Positions 1-13,315 of a stretch of 64,000 bases of DNA are shown piece after piece. Source of the DNA: Chiloscyllium plagiosum (taxonomy: Eukaryota); assembly GCF_004010195.1 (NCBI RefSeq), contig NC_057719.1, positions 18,042,476 through 18,106,475 on the forward strand, given 5' to 3'. The translations under genes and the position numbers were made by a program. Every line of letters begins with the position of its first letter. Position 1 is the stretch's first letter. The notes under the pieces were generated by a model that did no database searches, was not told the DNA's origin, and saw nothing but the letters and a program-made list of their open reading frames with translations.

Positions 1-964
1 CATGATGGGCATGTTAGTTACCACCTCATTTGACCATGAAAGTAAAAAGAAGCTTGGGAAGGTGCAGTTTTAATATTCAGGGAAATGTGTATTTTTAGGC
101 ATATTTGCATGCGTGTATACATGTTTATGTGTTTACATGTGGACACAAAGGTGTCAGTGAATATGCATGCATGTGCATTTCTCTTAAATATGTGTGTTCA
201 GATGGATACACCACCATCTCATTCTGAATGCAAGTGTTCACATACATATATTTCAACTTGCTTGCATATAAGTAGCTTTAGTGTATAAAAGGCACACCTG
301 AGTGTTGTTAGTGCTACAGAATGTTTGGATATGTGAATATTGAAAAATAAAGTCAAAAAATAACGTTGTGTTGTTCTTAAAGGAAATTGTAATTAAGGCA
401 GTGCAGCAAGTATTGTTATTAGTTTTCATAAGCAGTATTCTCCTTTTTGTTCCAAATTCTATACTGCAAGCAAACATCGAGTGCTTATTGTTTAACTTAC
501 AGGAAGCTACTGTTCCGACAGGCCATCAATATGTACTATTGTTCAAGTATTAAGTCTGTAGGTGAGTGTATTTGTATGTTGCCCAGAAGCAACTTTTTTT
601 ATCCGGATTTGCCTAACAACTGCCTAGACTTAAAATTGTTTGAAAAGCCTATTAAAATATTTATTGAAGTAAATAATTTAATTGGTAGTTTTCAGCAAAA
701 TGCTTTTTTACTCTTGTTGCAAACAACCTTGACACGTTTACTCACAGTCAAAGAAAAGAATACAAAAAGCTCATTCTTCTGAAATCTCAAAAATAATTTG
801 AGTTTCCTTCAGCTTATTGTCATCATTTACATTTAAAATAATGTTAATTTGTGTTTTATATTTGAGATCAAGTGTCCTTACTCTCTGAATTGGAATTTGA
901 AGTCCAGACAAAAAAAATTTAAAAGCTTTTAACCAAGCAAAATGGGCACTGACCATGAGGCTGA

Positions 965-1072
965 GAGTCAATGAGTGTGTACTGGAAAAGCACAGCCAGT
1001 CAGTCAGGCAGCATCTGAGGAGCAGGACAGTCTACGATTCGGGCAGAAGCCCTTCATTAGGAATGAGGCTTG
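965..1072 (-). mobile_element. Short PLE-derived element, family A (pLTR fragment with degenerate hammerhead motif)
   Basis: Minus strand reads CCTCATTC-CTAATGA-A-GGGC-TTCT-GCCC-GAAT-CGTA..., followed by the family A body. Flanked by direct repeat GACCATGAGG(C/T)TGA at 951-964 and 1073-1086. Confidence 0.8.
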
Positions 1073-1561
1073 GACCATGAGGTTGAACAATGTGACACCA
1101 GCCTTACGATTGTATTCAGGCCTTTAGGTCAAATGGCTGGCTTTGGGGCCCACTCCAATCAAAAGCTGACTGCCTTCAGCTTAGACAAATAGAGAATTAA
1201 ATAAAATATATTTCTACAATCTAGAAAGAGATTGAATAGCTATCTCCTTTAAATTGAAGTTATTAGACTTGAGTAAGTACCTTCTTCCAAACAAAGTTAT
1301 TGAATATGTTATTGACTTCAAAGATTGGATGCATACCAACAACATTCAGGTCAATAAAGACTTGTAAATATCTTCCAGAAACCCACACCAACAGAACATA
1401 GACACACACTTTCCTTCAATTTAAAGTAGGGCATACTAAGTATATAACCTTACATTTCTCTTCAATTTAAGCCACCACAAACTGATAGACATTGGTCTCA
1501 GTCTAGGCTAGTGGGATTGCAATTATAACTCCCCAGGCCAGCAAAGTTTAGATATCATATA

Positions 1562-1775
1562 GAGGCAGAAAATACTGAGCAAACCTGTCAGAAGAGAGAG
1601 AGAAAAACAGAGTTAATGTTCCGGGGCTTTGACCCCTGGTCAGAATTGGTTTAAAGAGTCATCAATTTGAAACATGAAATCGCTCTCTCTCTCTGTCTTC
1701 CCACAGGTGCTGCCAGACTAGCTGGTTATTTCCATTATTTCCTGCTTTGATTTCAGATTTCCAGCATCTGCAGCA
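1562..1775. mobile_element. Old fold-back copy of PLE-like terminal repeat, family B
   Basis: Left part resembles 3885-4014 (...AGAAAAACAGAGTTAATGTT...GACCC...TCAGAA). Right part is the same family in reverse orientation, ending TTTCAGATTTCCAGCATCTGCAG. Confidence 0.55.
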
Positions 1776-2657
1776 ATTAATACTAAAAGCTAGATGTATT
1801 CCCTTGTCCTAACCTGGAGCAGCGAGATAAGTCCATCCCCTACTTTCCAATCCCCATGCTGGACTAATAGTATTGTGGCTCAAGGCTTTCTGCTATTGGA
1901 TCTAATAGGCAGGATTCATATAATTTAGACTTGAAGGGATAATGTACACAATATGAACAGCAAGAACAGGATGTAAAGATAATCCTCATAGACAGTCTGG
2001 ATAAACAGTCAAGTAGTGTTCCACATAACTCTGAAAACAAACCATCACAAACAAAATACACAAACATTCATGTCAAGCATGATTGAATATTTCCTACCTT
2101 GTTTGAAATACATACCTGAGAACTGCCTCCTGACCCCCCTCCCACTAGCCATCAGGATGGCGCGGATCACAGCTCAGATACATGTCTACTCTTGTCCCAC
2201 CAGACTGGATTATTATATGTTTACATCTCCAAACAGACCACCGGGGAATGGATGAAAACCTTTATCTGTGCCAAACCACCAGGAGAAATGCCACAAACCA
2301 CTAAATTACCATCATAAAAAAAACACAGGAGAGATGAAGTCATCTTGTCTGTTTGCAGACACTCCCAGGGCAGGCATGGACACTTGCTGAAGCATGAATA
2401 ATGTTCGCCCTCTTCAAACATACTCCAATGTTCTTTTCCAGTTGGAAGCACATGACTTGAAGCCCAATTGTGGATTTTCTCCTTGGATTTCTGTACAATA
2501 GTTCAAGTTTGGAATCGGCACCTTTCTTCAATAGATAGTCAAATCTTTATCGATTATATGACTTGTCCTGTCTCCAATTTGAGTAGCATGCTGGTTTAAA
2601 TGGGAAATTCAGGCTGAAAGTTCGAGCACCTTGTGTACCTCATTAGGTGAGCTTTGT

Positions 2658-3190
2658 AATTCTGGTCTCCTTCCTATCGGAAAGATGTTGTGAAACTTGA
2701 TGGGGTTCAGAAAAGATTTACAAGGATGTTGCCAGGGTTGGAGGATTTAGCTATAGGGAGAGGCTGAACAGGCTGGGGCTGTTTTCCCTGGAGCGTCGGA
2801 GGCTGAGGGAGACCTTATAGAGGTTTACAAATTATGAGGGGCATGGATAGGGTAAATAGACAAAGACTTTTCCCTGGGGTCAGGGAGTCCAGAACTAGAG
2901 GGCATAGGTTGAGGGTGAGAGTTGAAAGATAAAAAAGAGACCTACGGGGCAACTTTTTCACACAGAGGGTGGTACGTGTATAGAATGAGCTGCCAAAGGA
3001 AGTGGTGGAGGCTGGTACAATTACAACATTTAAGAAGCATTTGGATGGGTATATGAATGGGAAGGGTTTGGAGGGATATGTGCCAGGTGCTGGCAGGTGG
3101 GAACTAGATTGTTTTGGATATCTGGTCAGCATGGACGGGTTGGACCGAATGGTCTGTTGCTATGCTATACATCTCTATGACTCTATGACT
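2658..3190 (+). mobile_element. CR1 (HER1-type) LINE, 5'-truncated 3' end
   Basis: Encodes a decayed ORF2 C-terminus (VEAGTITTFKKHLDGYMN) and ends in a (CTCTATGA)n tail. Close copies at 14.3-14.8 kb and 42.1-42.6 kb. Confidence 0.95.
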
Positions 3191-3554
3191 CACTCAGTGT
3201 ATTGGACTCATGAGATACCACCACAAATTGTCTTGCGCCTTACTTCCAGCTTACCATTCGTGAATCAGAGTAGGCCATACTCTGCAGGTCAAAGTATCAC
3301 AGCTCTGCCAGAATAGCAACTTTAAACTAGAAAATAAAGATCTTAGTGTGGGCAGCAAATGGTCATTCACTCCACTCCTTTCGGCAAGAAAGTTACCTGT
3401 TTCTGGTTCAGGTGGTGATGGCTTCTGACAAGAGGATGGTTGTTACTCATGTTAATCAGTGCTAGAGTGGTCTGTGAGGCTAGTTTTCATCACCCAAGGG
3501 AGTCATTGAATAATTTTCCAGTCTCCCTCTACTTGTCCTGAAGTTTCAATTTTT

Positions 3555-4050
3555 TAATTCATTCACAAGATTTTTGATGTCACTGGCTAGACCAGTGTTT
3601 ATTGCCCTTCCCTAATTGTCCAGAGAACAGTTAAGGATCAGTTACCTTGCTGTGGGTCTGCAGTCACATGTAGGCCAGACCAGGTAAAGATGGCAGTTTC
3701 TCCCTAAACGGGGAAATCTTACACTTCCCTAAAGTGAGGTGGACTGATTTTTTTTCTTTCCTCCGACACTTTCATCGGCATCATTAGACTCTTAATTCCA
3801 GATTTTTAGCGATTTCAAGTTCCACAATCTGCTCAAGATTCAGGCTGAGGTCCCCAGCATATTTCCCGAGTCTCTAGATTAATATAAAACTAAGAACTGC
3901 AGGTGGAGGAAATCTGAAAAAAACCCATCAGAAATTGCTGGAGAAACTCAGCAGGCATCTATGGAGAGAAAGCAGAGTTAGCATAGCAGGTCCAGTGACC
4001 CTTCTTCAGAATGAATTAATAGTCGAGTGCCTCTCCTTTGCCCAGGAAAT
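3555..4050 (-). mobile_element. SINE with L2-like 3' tail, interrupted by a family B insertion
   Basis: Tail (CACTGGCTAGACCAGTGTTTATTGCCCTTCCCTAATTG) is the reverse of the tail at 9710-9770 and 41715-41780. Related copy at 18.9-19.2 kb. Confidence 0.7.
3885..4014 (-). mobile_element. Short PLE-like element, family B (hammerhead half-motif CTGAAGA plus hairpin)
   Basis: Minus strand CTGAAGA-A-GGGTC-ACTG-GACCT, with the GAAA box eroded. TSD ATTAATA at 3878-3884 and 4015-4021. Confidence 0.7.
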
Positions 4051-5377
4051 AATTTGGGTGGAGATTGGCAGTATACATTTTGTGGTAAATAAGGTACCAC
4101 ATGAAACAGGTCTCCTAGCTGGGCCCATGTGCCCTTTCCAGCCTGATATTTTTGTACCATTGCTACATCCTACATTTTGTCATGGACAAGAAATGTTTCA
4201 ATCCAACCAGACTTGCTGAGCGTGGGAGTAGTTATCCCAGAGGTGACTAATTCAGGAACAAATTGGAACACGCTAAAGATTTCTTTACACTCGGACTTGG
4301 CCAAGAATTTATTTGTGTCAGGTTTGCTTTTAAGTGGATGTGATTAAACATTTGGAAATATGTTTCCACCTATCTTGAGGGGGATTTAGTGGAGCAAGCT
4401 GCCCACACCTTAAAGTAACACAGTCTCATAAATACCCATACCAGTTTCAATAAACACTTTAAGAGCTATTTATTAGGCTGTTTAAATAAAAAGAAATAAT
4501 GATTGTACTTGAGCCTAACAATGTGCTGTTGTTGCACTCTGCAGGAAATTGTTTGCGTTAATTCTGAACAGGATTCCCTCAAAGAGTGTGTCTTCTCAGA
4601 CAGGTGACGGTAGGTATCATAAACACTGCCAAGATTCCACAATGAGAATGTCAGACTGTGGTGTCAGACTGAATGGAACTCGGGTTTGTGCCCAAGCCCT
4701 CAGGTAAAAGTCCATTACCTAGACAGCCAAATCCAAAACCCATGATTTATGGATTAAATAAACCTAAAAAGAAATTCCTTGCTGTGTTGGAAAAAAAAGG
4801 ATGGAGACGCAGCTAGAAAGAGAGAGAGAGGGAGACTTGCACATCGGCTGGGCGGGGTCTGTTCACAATGTACAATGTGAGCAGGGGCCCGGTATCTGGG
4901 TATGCACATACCAGCAATTGGAGGAGGTTCAACAGTACACACCTGAGATCTGTCATCACTAGAGATTTATTAATTTTAATAGGGCTTAGAGGTAAGTGCC
5001 AGGAAATGTGTGCTGCGATTTAAAGTGAGTTGGCGAATTCTTCAGTGCCTTCAGTTCCTAGGCCCTGTAGCTATGCCGGTACAGCAGGCCTGGCTAAGAA
5101 AGGGGGTCCTTTGTAGAGATGGGACTGCATCTGTGATGGCATTGGAGGCAGAAATCTAAGCAGCCAGCCTCTGCTAAGAAATCGAGAGGCCAAGGATGGA
5201 AGTGCTTGATATTAAATTCTATAATTTCATGATTATTGAACTTCGCTAAGAGTGAGTACTGAGCATGTCTCAGATGTTGTGGCTTCTGTTAGGTTTCCTG
5301 AGCAGAGGACCTCAAATAACCGAGATATAGCTCCAAGATTCTCCCAGATGTTTGACGTATTCCGATAGTCATTGTAT

Positions 5378-5882
5378 CATACAGGCCTACTGTACAGAGT
5401 CTGCTCCAGTCAAAAACAATCAACTGACTATTCTAATCCCATTTTCCAGTACATGGTCCATAGCTTTGTATGTTTTGGCGTCACAAGTGAAGATCTAATT
5501 ACTTCTTAAATGTTACGGGAGGTTCTGCTCTACTACCCTTCCAGACAATGAGTTCCACATTCTGACCACCCTCTGGGGAAAACAAAATCCTCACATCCCC
5601 TTTAAACCTCCAGCACCTTGTTTTAAAATTATGTCTGCAATTATTGATTCTTCCACCAAAGGGGGAAAGTCCCTCCCTCTCTCACCTTCGAACGCCCCTC
5701 ATTATTTGATACATCACAATCATGTCCCCTTTCAATCTCCTCTGCTCCAAAGAAAACAACTCAAGTCTATCTAATCTCTGCTCAAAAGTAGAACTCTCTA
5801 GCCCAGGCAACATCCTGGCAAATCTCCTCTGCACCCTTTCCAGTGCAAGCCTGGCATTGTTCCTGTAATGTGGATTCTAGTT
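5378..5882 (-). mobile_element. Older CR1 LINE 3' fragment
   Basis: Reverse-strand match to the CR1 ORF2 C-terminus (GGCAACATCCTGGCAAATCTCCTCTGCACCCTTTCC = RVQRRFARMLP). Confidence 0.85.
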
Positions 5883-5980
5883 GCGTGCAATAAAGAATCG
5901 CTACCTCTTCTGTAAATAGCCTATTGGAATTTCAAAGGTACACTACACAAGGTGGGAAACTCAATGAATCAGATTCAAAA

Positions 5981-6122
5981 AGTGTGCAGGTTAGATGGAT
6001 TGATCATGGCAAATGCGGGGATTGGGTGGAGGGTTGGATTTGGATGAGATGTTCTTCGGAGGGTCAGTGTAGACTTGATGGGCTGCATGGCCTCTTTCTG
6101 CAATGTAGGCTCTGTATGATTC
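5981..6122 (+). mobile_element. HE1-like SINE, 3' part
   Basis: Matches the 3' half of the SINEs at 19243-19565 and 63310-63650. Confidence 0.7.
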
Positions 6123-8805
6123 TGCCCAAAGTGGAATACCAACTCCATTTATCTGTTCCCAATTCACTTCTGAATTCGAGGCCTAGTGAAATTTAAGAAT
6201 GGCAGGAGAATAGTTATGACTTCTAACCATAATGGACACAAAATTGCAGAGCAACTGCTATGTTCCCAGGCTTATGCAAGTGCATAGATTTAGCCAAAAT
6301 ACTATGGTCTTTTTCAAATCCTACTGAAAACTGTGGGTGACAAATATATGCAGAGATGCAGCCCACCAGAAATGGGCAAGCAGATACACTGCTCTCTGGC
6401 AGGTTCGGTTTGGGGGGAAAGCTGCAGTGAGGTGATGAAGGAAGTGGAGGAGAGTGCCTGGAAGAGGCTGGTAACAGGCCATACTATTCGATGGGTGGGC
6501 ATGAGACACTCCTATTAATCCTGGTCCCAGCCAAATGAAACATCATCATTCATCGTCTGTGCTTGTTTCAGGTAGGAGCACTATGGTCCAGTCACAGCAG
6601 TTTTCATATATATAGTAGACTTGCGAGTCAATCACCCCATCCTTACCTCCCCAAAGAGCCCCATTTTCCAAGAATCTGAGTGTAATTTTGGTTGACTCCA
6701 TTTTATTTTTTAATTACGATATGCTGACACAAAAGCCACCTTTTATCCTTGCATGTTCAAGCAACGCAAAGAGATGTCCCTTATATCTGACTGGGAAGTA
6801 AAGAGCCCATTGTCCCTAGATTTTCATTTTTTTTCCTTTTTTCAGAAAAAAATCTTAAGGTGTGGTGATGTTGACAGACTCTTGTCTCCTTGGGGCAGAA
6901 ATGTTGTTTTCCAGAAAGCCCTTTAATCTTTCTTTTTAAAAGATTTAATTTGAGGTGTCGCATTTGAGATCTGACATAAAAATGTTGGCTTTACCCTTGT
7001 TATGAAAGTGATAGGTTATACTAATATCACAGAAAAGTAAGGCTGAGTAACTCACAGTAATGACCCATTCCAGACCAGCTTAACTCCTGCATCATGGTTT
7101 ACAGCTATTGCATCTATTTCATAACAGGCATACAGACATGAAAACCCCTTTTATTGCTTTGACTGTCACTATACAGCTATTAAATTGTGTACAGAAACAA
7201 TGGGCCAAACGGCCTCGTTAGCAGTTCATCAACCTATGAGTCTTTTGTTTGCGTTCTGCAGACCATTCAGAACTGTCCACTTTGTACATGGAAAACAATG
7301 ATTTTTGTCTATTTGTATTTTAATTACAAACTTTTCCTGTTAATATGCCATTCACTGCACATTATTAAGATGCGTGCAACGTGCCAAGACTTTTTCCTTA
7401 TCATAGCTAACCATGACCCCAGCAAACAGAAAATATTTTGATGTGACAGAGCTATTGAGTGCCATGAAAACGTGACTAGTGTAGCATTATCTTTAATAAT
7501 TTTGTTGACCAAACGGCTTTGGCATGAGTCAAACACATAGGAATGCCTTGCCCCCATTAAAACAAAATAGCTGCTTGGTGTGCAGATGGGCAAGATTTTG
7601 CTACAATGCTAAATCCCACAGCATTTCCAGGCAGTCTACTGCAGAGAGAGATACATTACCCACCAGTCTAGTAACCTCAAAATATTTTGCAACTCCTGGT
7701 GATCTAAAAGTCAGTGCATTTGTTTCTCCTGTGGGTGGAGGTGATTTGATTCTGGGACAGGATCTGTACCTAATTTCAGGCGGTTTTAGGATGCAATACA
7801 CAGCTAACTACAGGTAGTCTAATGCTTGCTGTGTCTAATTTCTCTTGTGCTCCAGATGATTTTGGCACTGTCTTGCATTATCACAGGAGGGATTTGAAGA
7901 CATTACTTCCTTTTCCATAAATCTGATCTTCCACAATCTCTGGAAGAACTGTCTGTGAATTCCCTTTATATCCTTCCTCTGACTGAGTGTTAGTGATCAA
8001 AAGATTGGACTGACCCTGCTTCTTGTATCTTGTCTGCTGCTGACTCATTACAGAATAGATGTGGCGGATAAATTGTATATCGGAAGAATGAGATGCATAA
8101 CAGGTACAAGTGATCTGAATCTTCACTGGAATTTAGGGTGTGACATGGGTCTCACATTAGACAGAGGCAGATTTAATTTTGAGTGTAGTTACGTAGAATG
8201 TGTAACACAGAAACTACATTTTCACTCACTGAGCCCAGATATTTCACGTTCTGTACAAAGCTCCTCCCAGACCACTTCACCAAGCCTGAACAGAGTCATT
8301 GTCCAGCTTTTAGAGTCTGATTTTAATTCAGCCTCAGTGTGGTGAACCTAACCTTAAAGCAGGGTTTTTGCTCCATCAATCTCAATGTATGGGAATAGTT
8401 CAGCTTCTTCCTTAATACTTCCTCATGCAGTCTCTGGCATCATTTCGCTGAAGTCGAGGAAAACATTCCTACTACTGTCCTCTGTACCATTGGATTGAAA
8501 CAATTTGTTTTGGTGTAGAAACATTGATAAGTCAGAAGCCAAAGAAGCCTACAGGAAGTAAAAAAAATCAAGAGTGATCCCTTTAGCATAATCATTCAAT
8601 GCACCACCTTGGGATGTTGCAAGGCGTTTCCCAGTGCCTGGACATTTGCCTGGATGGGTGCAGCTCCAATAACACTCAGGAAGCTGACGCTATCCAGGAC
8701 AAAGCAGTCGGCTTGATTGGCACCACATGAACAAACACTCACTCCCTCCAAATGCGCAGCGACCGTCTACTAAGTGTACTGCAGATATTCACCAAGTCTC
8801 CTTAG

Positions 8806-9459
8806 TTAAAAGTCACACACCAGACTATAGTCCAACAGATTATAATACACACTCTCTCATGTGCACTCACATGCACACACTCAAGCACACACTCACATGC
8901 CCACCCTCACATTCTCTCTCTCTCTCTCTTCCTCCCTAAATGTGCATGCACACACGTAAGTCTATGCGGTGAATTTGCATTTGCAGAATTGTATTTGCTC
9001 AAAAAGCAAACAATCTGCAGGCAGTCAATCCATGTAACATTTTATAAATTCCTACTTTGGAAACAGAACCAGTCTCACTCAAGATTGGGATTCAGAGAGA
9101 CTCCAACTCCACTCTTTCAATACATTGTCTGAGTTGAGATGTCACTTTTTTTTTATCAAACTTTAAATTATCTCAAGAATGTGACTTAAAAGAAGTTCTG
9201 GGATTTATATATTAATGAATCAAAACCTACAACCCATTCTAAAAGATGAAAGATTTAACAGCAATCTAGATTTGTTCAATATATCATTTTAATTACATGA
9301 CACTGTGATCTTTGCCTTATGATCCTGCACCATTAGTTACCTGATGAAGGAGCAGCGCTCTGAAAATTAGTACTTCCAAATAAACCAGTTGGACGATAAC
9401 CAGGTGTTATGTGATTTTTAAACTTTGTCCATCCCAATCCAACATCGACTCCTCCACAT
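8806..9459 (+). mobile_element. PLE-like non-autonomous element, family C, with short 5' inverted segment and hammerhead motif
   Basis: Perfect 13-bp TSD CAAGTCTCCTTAG (8793-8805, 9460-9472). The 3' 120 bp match 28747-28868. The first ~45 bp are an inverted copy of ~9380-9422. Internal CA/TC-rich tract. Confidence 0.85.
9338..9372 (+). ncRNA. Putative minimal type I hammerhead ribozyme (family C variant)
   Basis: UAC-CUGAUGA-A-GGAGC-agc-GCUCU-GAAA-A-UUA/GUA. Conserved core present; helix I UAC/GUA; 5-bp helix II; palindromic helix III AAUU. Confidence 0.65.
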
Positions 9460-9824
9460 CAAGTCTCCTTAGACAGCACCTTCTGAACACATGATTGTTG
9501 GCATTTAGAAAGACAAGGGCTGTCGACACCATCATGGGAGCACCACCATCTTCAAGCTTCCCTCCAACCCCACACCATCCTGACATGGAAATCTATCACT
9601 GACCTTTCAGTGTCATTAGTGCAAAGCCTTGAAACTCCTTCTTTAATGGCTTTTGGGTGCACCTACAGCACATGGACTGCAGCAGTTTACTGTTATTTTC
9701 TCAAGGGCAACTAGGGACTGATGGTAAATGCTGGCCAGACAGTGATGTCCAAGTCCTTTGAATGCATTTTAAAAATTGTTCCTTTTTAAGGATACATGCT
9801 TTTCTTGAAACCGTAATTGGGTCA

Positions 9825-10800
9825 ACATTCATGTGCTGATAAGTGGCAGGTAATCTTCATTTTGTAAAAGTGCCAGGCCAAACTGTCTCACTTGACATTT
9901 ATCATTGTTGAATCCCTCAGTATCAATGTCCTCAGGGTTATTATTGACCAGAAACTGAACTGTACCCTGAGGCTACAAGCATAGGTCAGTGTCTGAGAAA
10001 CTCACCTCTTTATTCCCAAAAGCGTGTCCACCATGGACAAGGTTCAGGTCAGGAATATGGAGCTGTGGAGAGGGGGAAGTGGGGAGACCTCTCCACTTCC
10101 CTGTGTGTGAATTTTGGACAAATTTTAAGAAGGTCAAAAAAGGCTGAATAGCCAAGGTCTTTTTCCCAGGTTAGGGGAGTCCAAAACCAGAGGGTATAGG
10201 ATTAAATTGAGAGAGGAAAGATTTTAAAAGGGACCCAAGGGGGAACCTTTTTACACAGAGAGTTGTACAAGCTGCCAGAGGAAGTGGTGGAGGCTGGTGC
10301 AATTGCAACATTTAAAAGTATGTGGATGTGAACATGAATAAGAAGGGTTTAGAGGGATATGGGCCAAATATTGGCAAATACGACTAGATCGGTTTAGGAT
10401 AGTTGGTCAGCATGGGTGAGTTAGACTGAAGGATCTGTTTTCATGTTGTAAAAGAGTAATTGACTATCACTCTATCACAGTCCAGGACAAAGCAACCGAT
10501 TTGATCAGCACCCCACCCATCATCTTAAATAATCGTTCTTTTGACTGATAGACGAGTTACCGCAGTGTGTGCCATCTGTAAGATATACTGCAGCAACTTA
10601 CCAAGGCTCCTTTGACAGTACCTTCCAAAATCATGAACTCTACCACCCAGTAGGATGAAGCCAGCTTATGCATAGGAACACCACCAACTGCAAGTTCCCT
10701 TGGAGCCACACACCAACCTGATTTGGAATTATGTCAGTGTTCCTTCACTCTGACTGAGTTAAAAACCTGGAACATGTTTCTTAGCAGCACCATGAGTGTA
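9825..10800 (+). mobile_element. L2/CR1-superfamily LINE fragment (same family as 8636-9775), interrupted by a CR1 fragment
   Basis: TCCAGGACAAAGCAACCGATTTGATCAGCACC...GGAACACCACCAACTGCAAGTTCCC matches the 8690-9640 copy. Confidence 0.7.
10140..10470 (+). mobile_element. CR1 (HER1-type) 3' fragment
   Basis: Matches 2850-3180 (GAAGTGGTGGAGGCTGGTGCAATTGCAACATTTAAA). Confidence 0.9.
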
Positions 10801-11919
10801 CCTATCTCCCCCTCACCCTCTCCACCCCTCCCCACGGCCATTTGAAAGTGATCAACATGTGCTATTTTTCTCAGTGCTGCTCACATCATGAAAGCATGCT
10901 AAAAGGAAAATACTTTTGTCAACAGTAAAAATTGCATGGATCAATATGTTAGTAGTTACTTATCACTGTGTCACTTGACATATCAATATGAATGTTATTC
11001 CAATAATATCAGTAAATTTTATCCCCTTAGCATCCCCTCAACTTCCTCCTCCCCACCTCACCAAGGTGAATACACTCAAGATGCTGCATCTCACCATTCT
11101 ACCACAAAGTTATCTACTTAAACTTGATAAAGGTTTTTTCCTTGAACAGAAAATAGCACAAAAATATATAAAAAGGATTGGATATAGAGACTTAATGTTC
11201 AGGGCATAAAGTGTAATCCAAGAGTTAAGGCTTGCAGTTCATATTACATGCTGGATACTGTCAGGATTAAGAGAACAAGAGTAATCTCAGGAGAAAAAAA
11301 CAATCATAATGTGCTCATAAAGGTGGTAAAGATGTAAAATGGCACTAAAACCAAGAGGTGTGGCAGACAACTCAGCTCTTGGAATTAAGCCATCTAGTCA
11401 AGTGAAAAGCTGGTGTTATGTGGGTGTGGACAGAAAATAGTTTGCAATTTCCAATGTCTATTCATTTAAGAGGCACCTTTACTTAACAGGCTTTCAGTTA
11501 AGTTGGATCTATTGTGCCCCTTTTTGTTCAGTTGTTTCAGCTTTTACTAATGCAAGTTCATCTCTCATAAAATCGCTTCTTTCTTACTGATTCTTTGGCA
11601 AAACAAAATTGATCTTTGAGTGTTTGACATTATTGAGAGTGTAGTTTCTTGTACTGACAAGTCTGATATCTGACATTTATAGAAACACATACATAACTGC
11701 ACTTGAAACATTTTTTTGGAGATTGGGCCACCCGTGATTCCGCTGTAAGCGAGGCTTTGACAAAGTTAGGTTTCCCCGTTGGTGGCACAGTGAGAGTTGC
11801 CAAATCCAGGTCAAGCTCATTTCTGGACATTGTAACACAAGATCTCTTACCCCTGTCTGTTCTGCCCAATGCAATAGCCATTTTCTGAATCTCCTCACGT
11901 CACAATTATACACATAATT

Positions 11920-12370
11920 CAGAAGCAGAAGATTTGACCCTTCAACCCTGCTCCACATCACAATGAGATGATGGCTGAATGGATTGAGCATTCAAATGGA
12001 CTTTTCTGCCTGCCTCCTAATCCCAGGTTCCCACATAACACTTGACTCCCTTGTTGATGAAAGACTAACTCAGCCTTGAATGTACTCAATGATGTATTCT
12101 TCATTGCTCTCTGAGAATTCCACCAACTAACGATCCAATGAGAGGAAAAAATTCTCCTTAAAACATCCCAGCCTTAAATGGGAGACCCATTTTTAAATTG
12201 TGTCTCCTTGTTTTCATGTTCTCTACAAGTGAAACATCTTCCTAGTCACCTGCCTTGCAAAGTCCTGTTAGGGTTTTAGAGGTTTCAATGAGATCACTTT
12301 TCATTTTTCTGAACTGCAATCAGTATGTTCTTCCTTCAGAAAATAAGTTCTTCATCGCAGAAATCAGTAA
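11920..12370 (-). mobile_element. Old CR1 3' fragment
   Basis: Reverse-strand similarity to the older CR1 subfamily at 15860-16150 (CTCAGCCTTGAATGTACTCAATG, GAATTCCA, CCTTAAATGGGAGACC). Confidence 0.65.
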
Positions 12371-13153
12371 ATAACTTCCAGACATCTTTCTGACTAAGTA
12401 TTCAATGAATTTGAAATTTTAAAATATTCAATTGTATACTTGTCTCTGAGGATTACTTAAGTAGCATCCAAAAGGTTAATCTTTTAGTGATTGGAGACGC
12501 CAAGACAATTCTAGAAAGTTGGAAACTTTAATGGTCTTTATTTGTCTTTAAAGATACCCTGCCAAAATCCATCAGCGAGAAACAGAGTGAATAATCTTGC
12601 TGTCTGACTGTTTGAACATTGCGGATTCCCTGAACTGTGTATGCAAAGTGGAATCTTCTCATCCAACCATATTGACATGCTATTAATGTAAATAGCATGG
12701 CTAATTTGGAAGACATAGATAAGAGAAGCTTTTGCTGCATTGGATAAAATGTGATTCATTTTGGACAATTGTCAAAGAAAATTTATTTCAATTTTGGGTT
12801 GATCCAGAAAACAAATACATATTCGAATCCAGATGAAACCTGATACAGAGAATTCAGGTCTTTATGGGGAAAAAATTGAACAGTGTTCATCAATTCACAA
12901 CTGACCGTAGCTACCTTCTGAACAGATTATGCAAATACAAACCTTTTAATGGTAAACCAATGAATGTGCCTAATGCTTAATTGAACTCTTTCAAATTCTG
13001 AATTCTTGTTTGGATTGGGACTTGTCCTCCCCTGGGAGGCATCAGGTTCTGTAGAAGGTGAGGGAGAATTAAGAAGACTTTCCGTGTTTATTGAGCAATT
13101 ATTAGACCATAGATCAAATATATAAAATATGAATGCTTGTTCAATTTGGAATA

Positions 13154-13315
13154 CAGTGCTTTCACCATAGAGTCCTATGTGCAGGGACTATTTCATTCGG
13201 TTAATCGAATGCCAGATAACATAGTTTAGCCAAGCATCGGGACCTTGCAATCTTGCCGGTTATTCTGATATTTGGATAAATATCTGATATTTGCCAGATA
13301 ATTGAGGTTCCATTG
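13154..13315. mobile_element. Possible Tc1/mariner (Tigger-type) MITE relic
   Basis: Flanked by TA on both sides (TA-CAGTG...CATTG-TA). Right end reversed reads CAATGGAACCTCAATTATC, a Tigger-like terminus. Left TIR is poorly conserved. Confidence 0.4.

Larger units (their letters stand above)
8636..9775 (+). mobile_element. L2/CR1-superfamily LINE 3' end (distinct from HER1), split by a family C insertion
   Basis: Decayed peptide AWMGAAPITLRKL..IQDKAVGLIGTT and the tail CAAGGGCAACTAGGG..GGTAAATGCTGGCCAG. Other copies at 10480-10800 and 56795-57000. Confidence 0.75.

Noticed and set aside
85..290. 67-aa ORF at the window start
   Set aside because: Degenerate TG/CA-rich low-complexity sequence.
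11630..11890. 83-aa minus-strand ORF with protein-like composition
   Set aside because: Weak acceptor context, no recognised homology, and open frames on both strands are expected by chance at this length.
12528..12845. Acceptor TTCTCTGTATCAG followed by overlapping minus-strand ORFs
   Set aside because: All three frames stop within about 70 nt of the acceptor.
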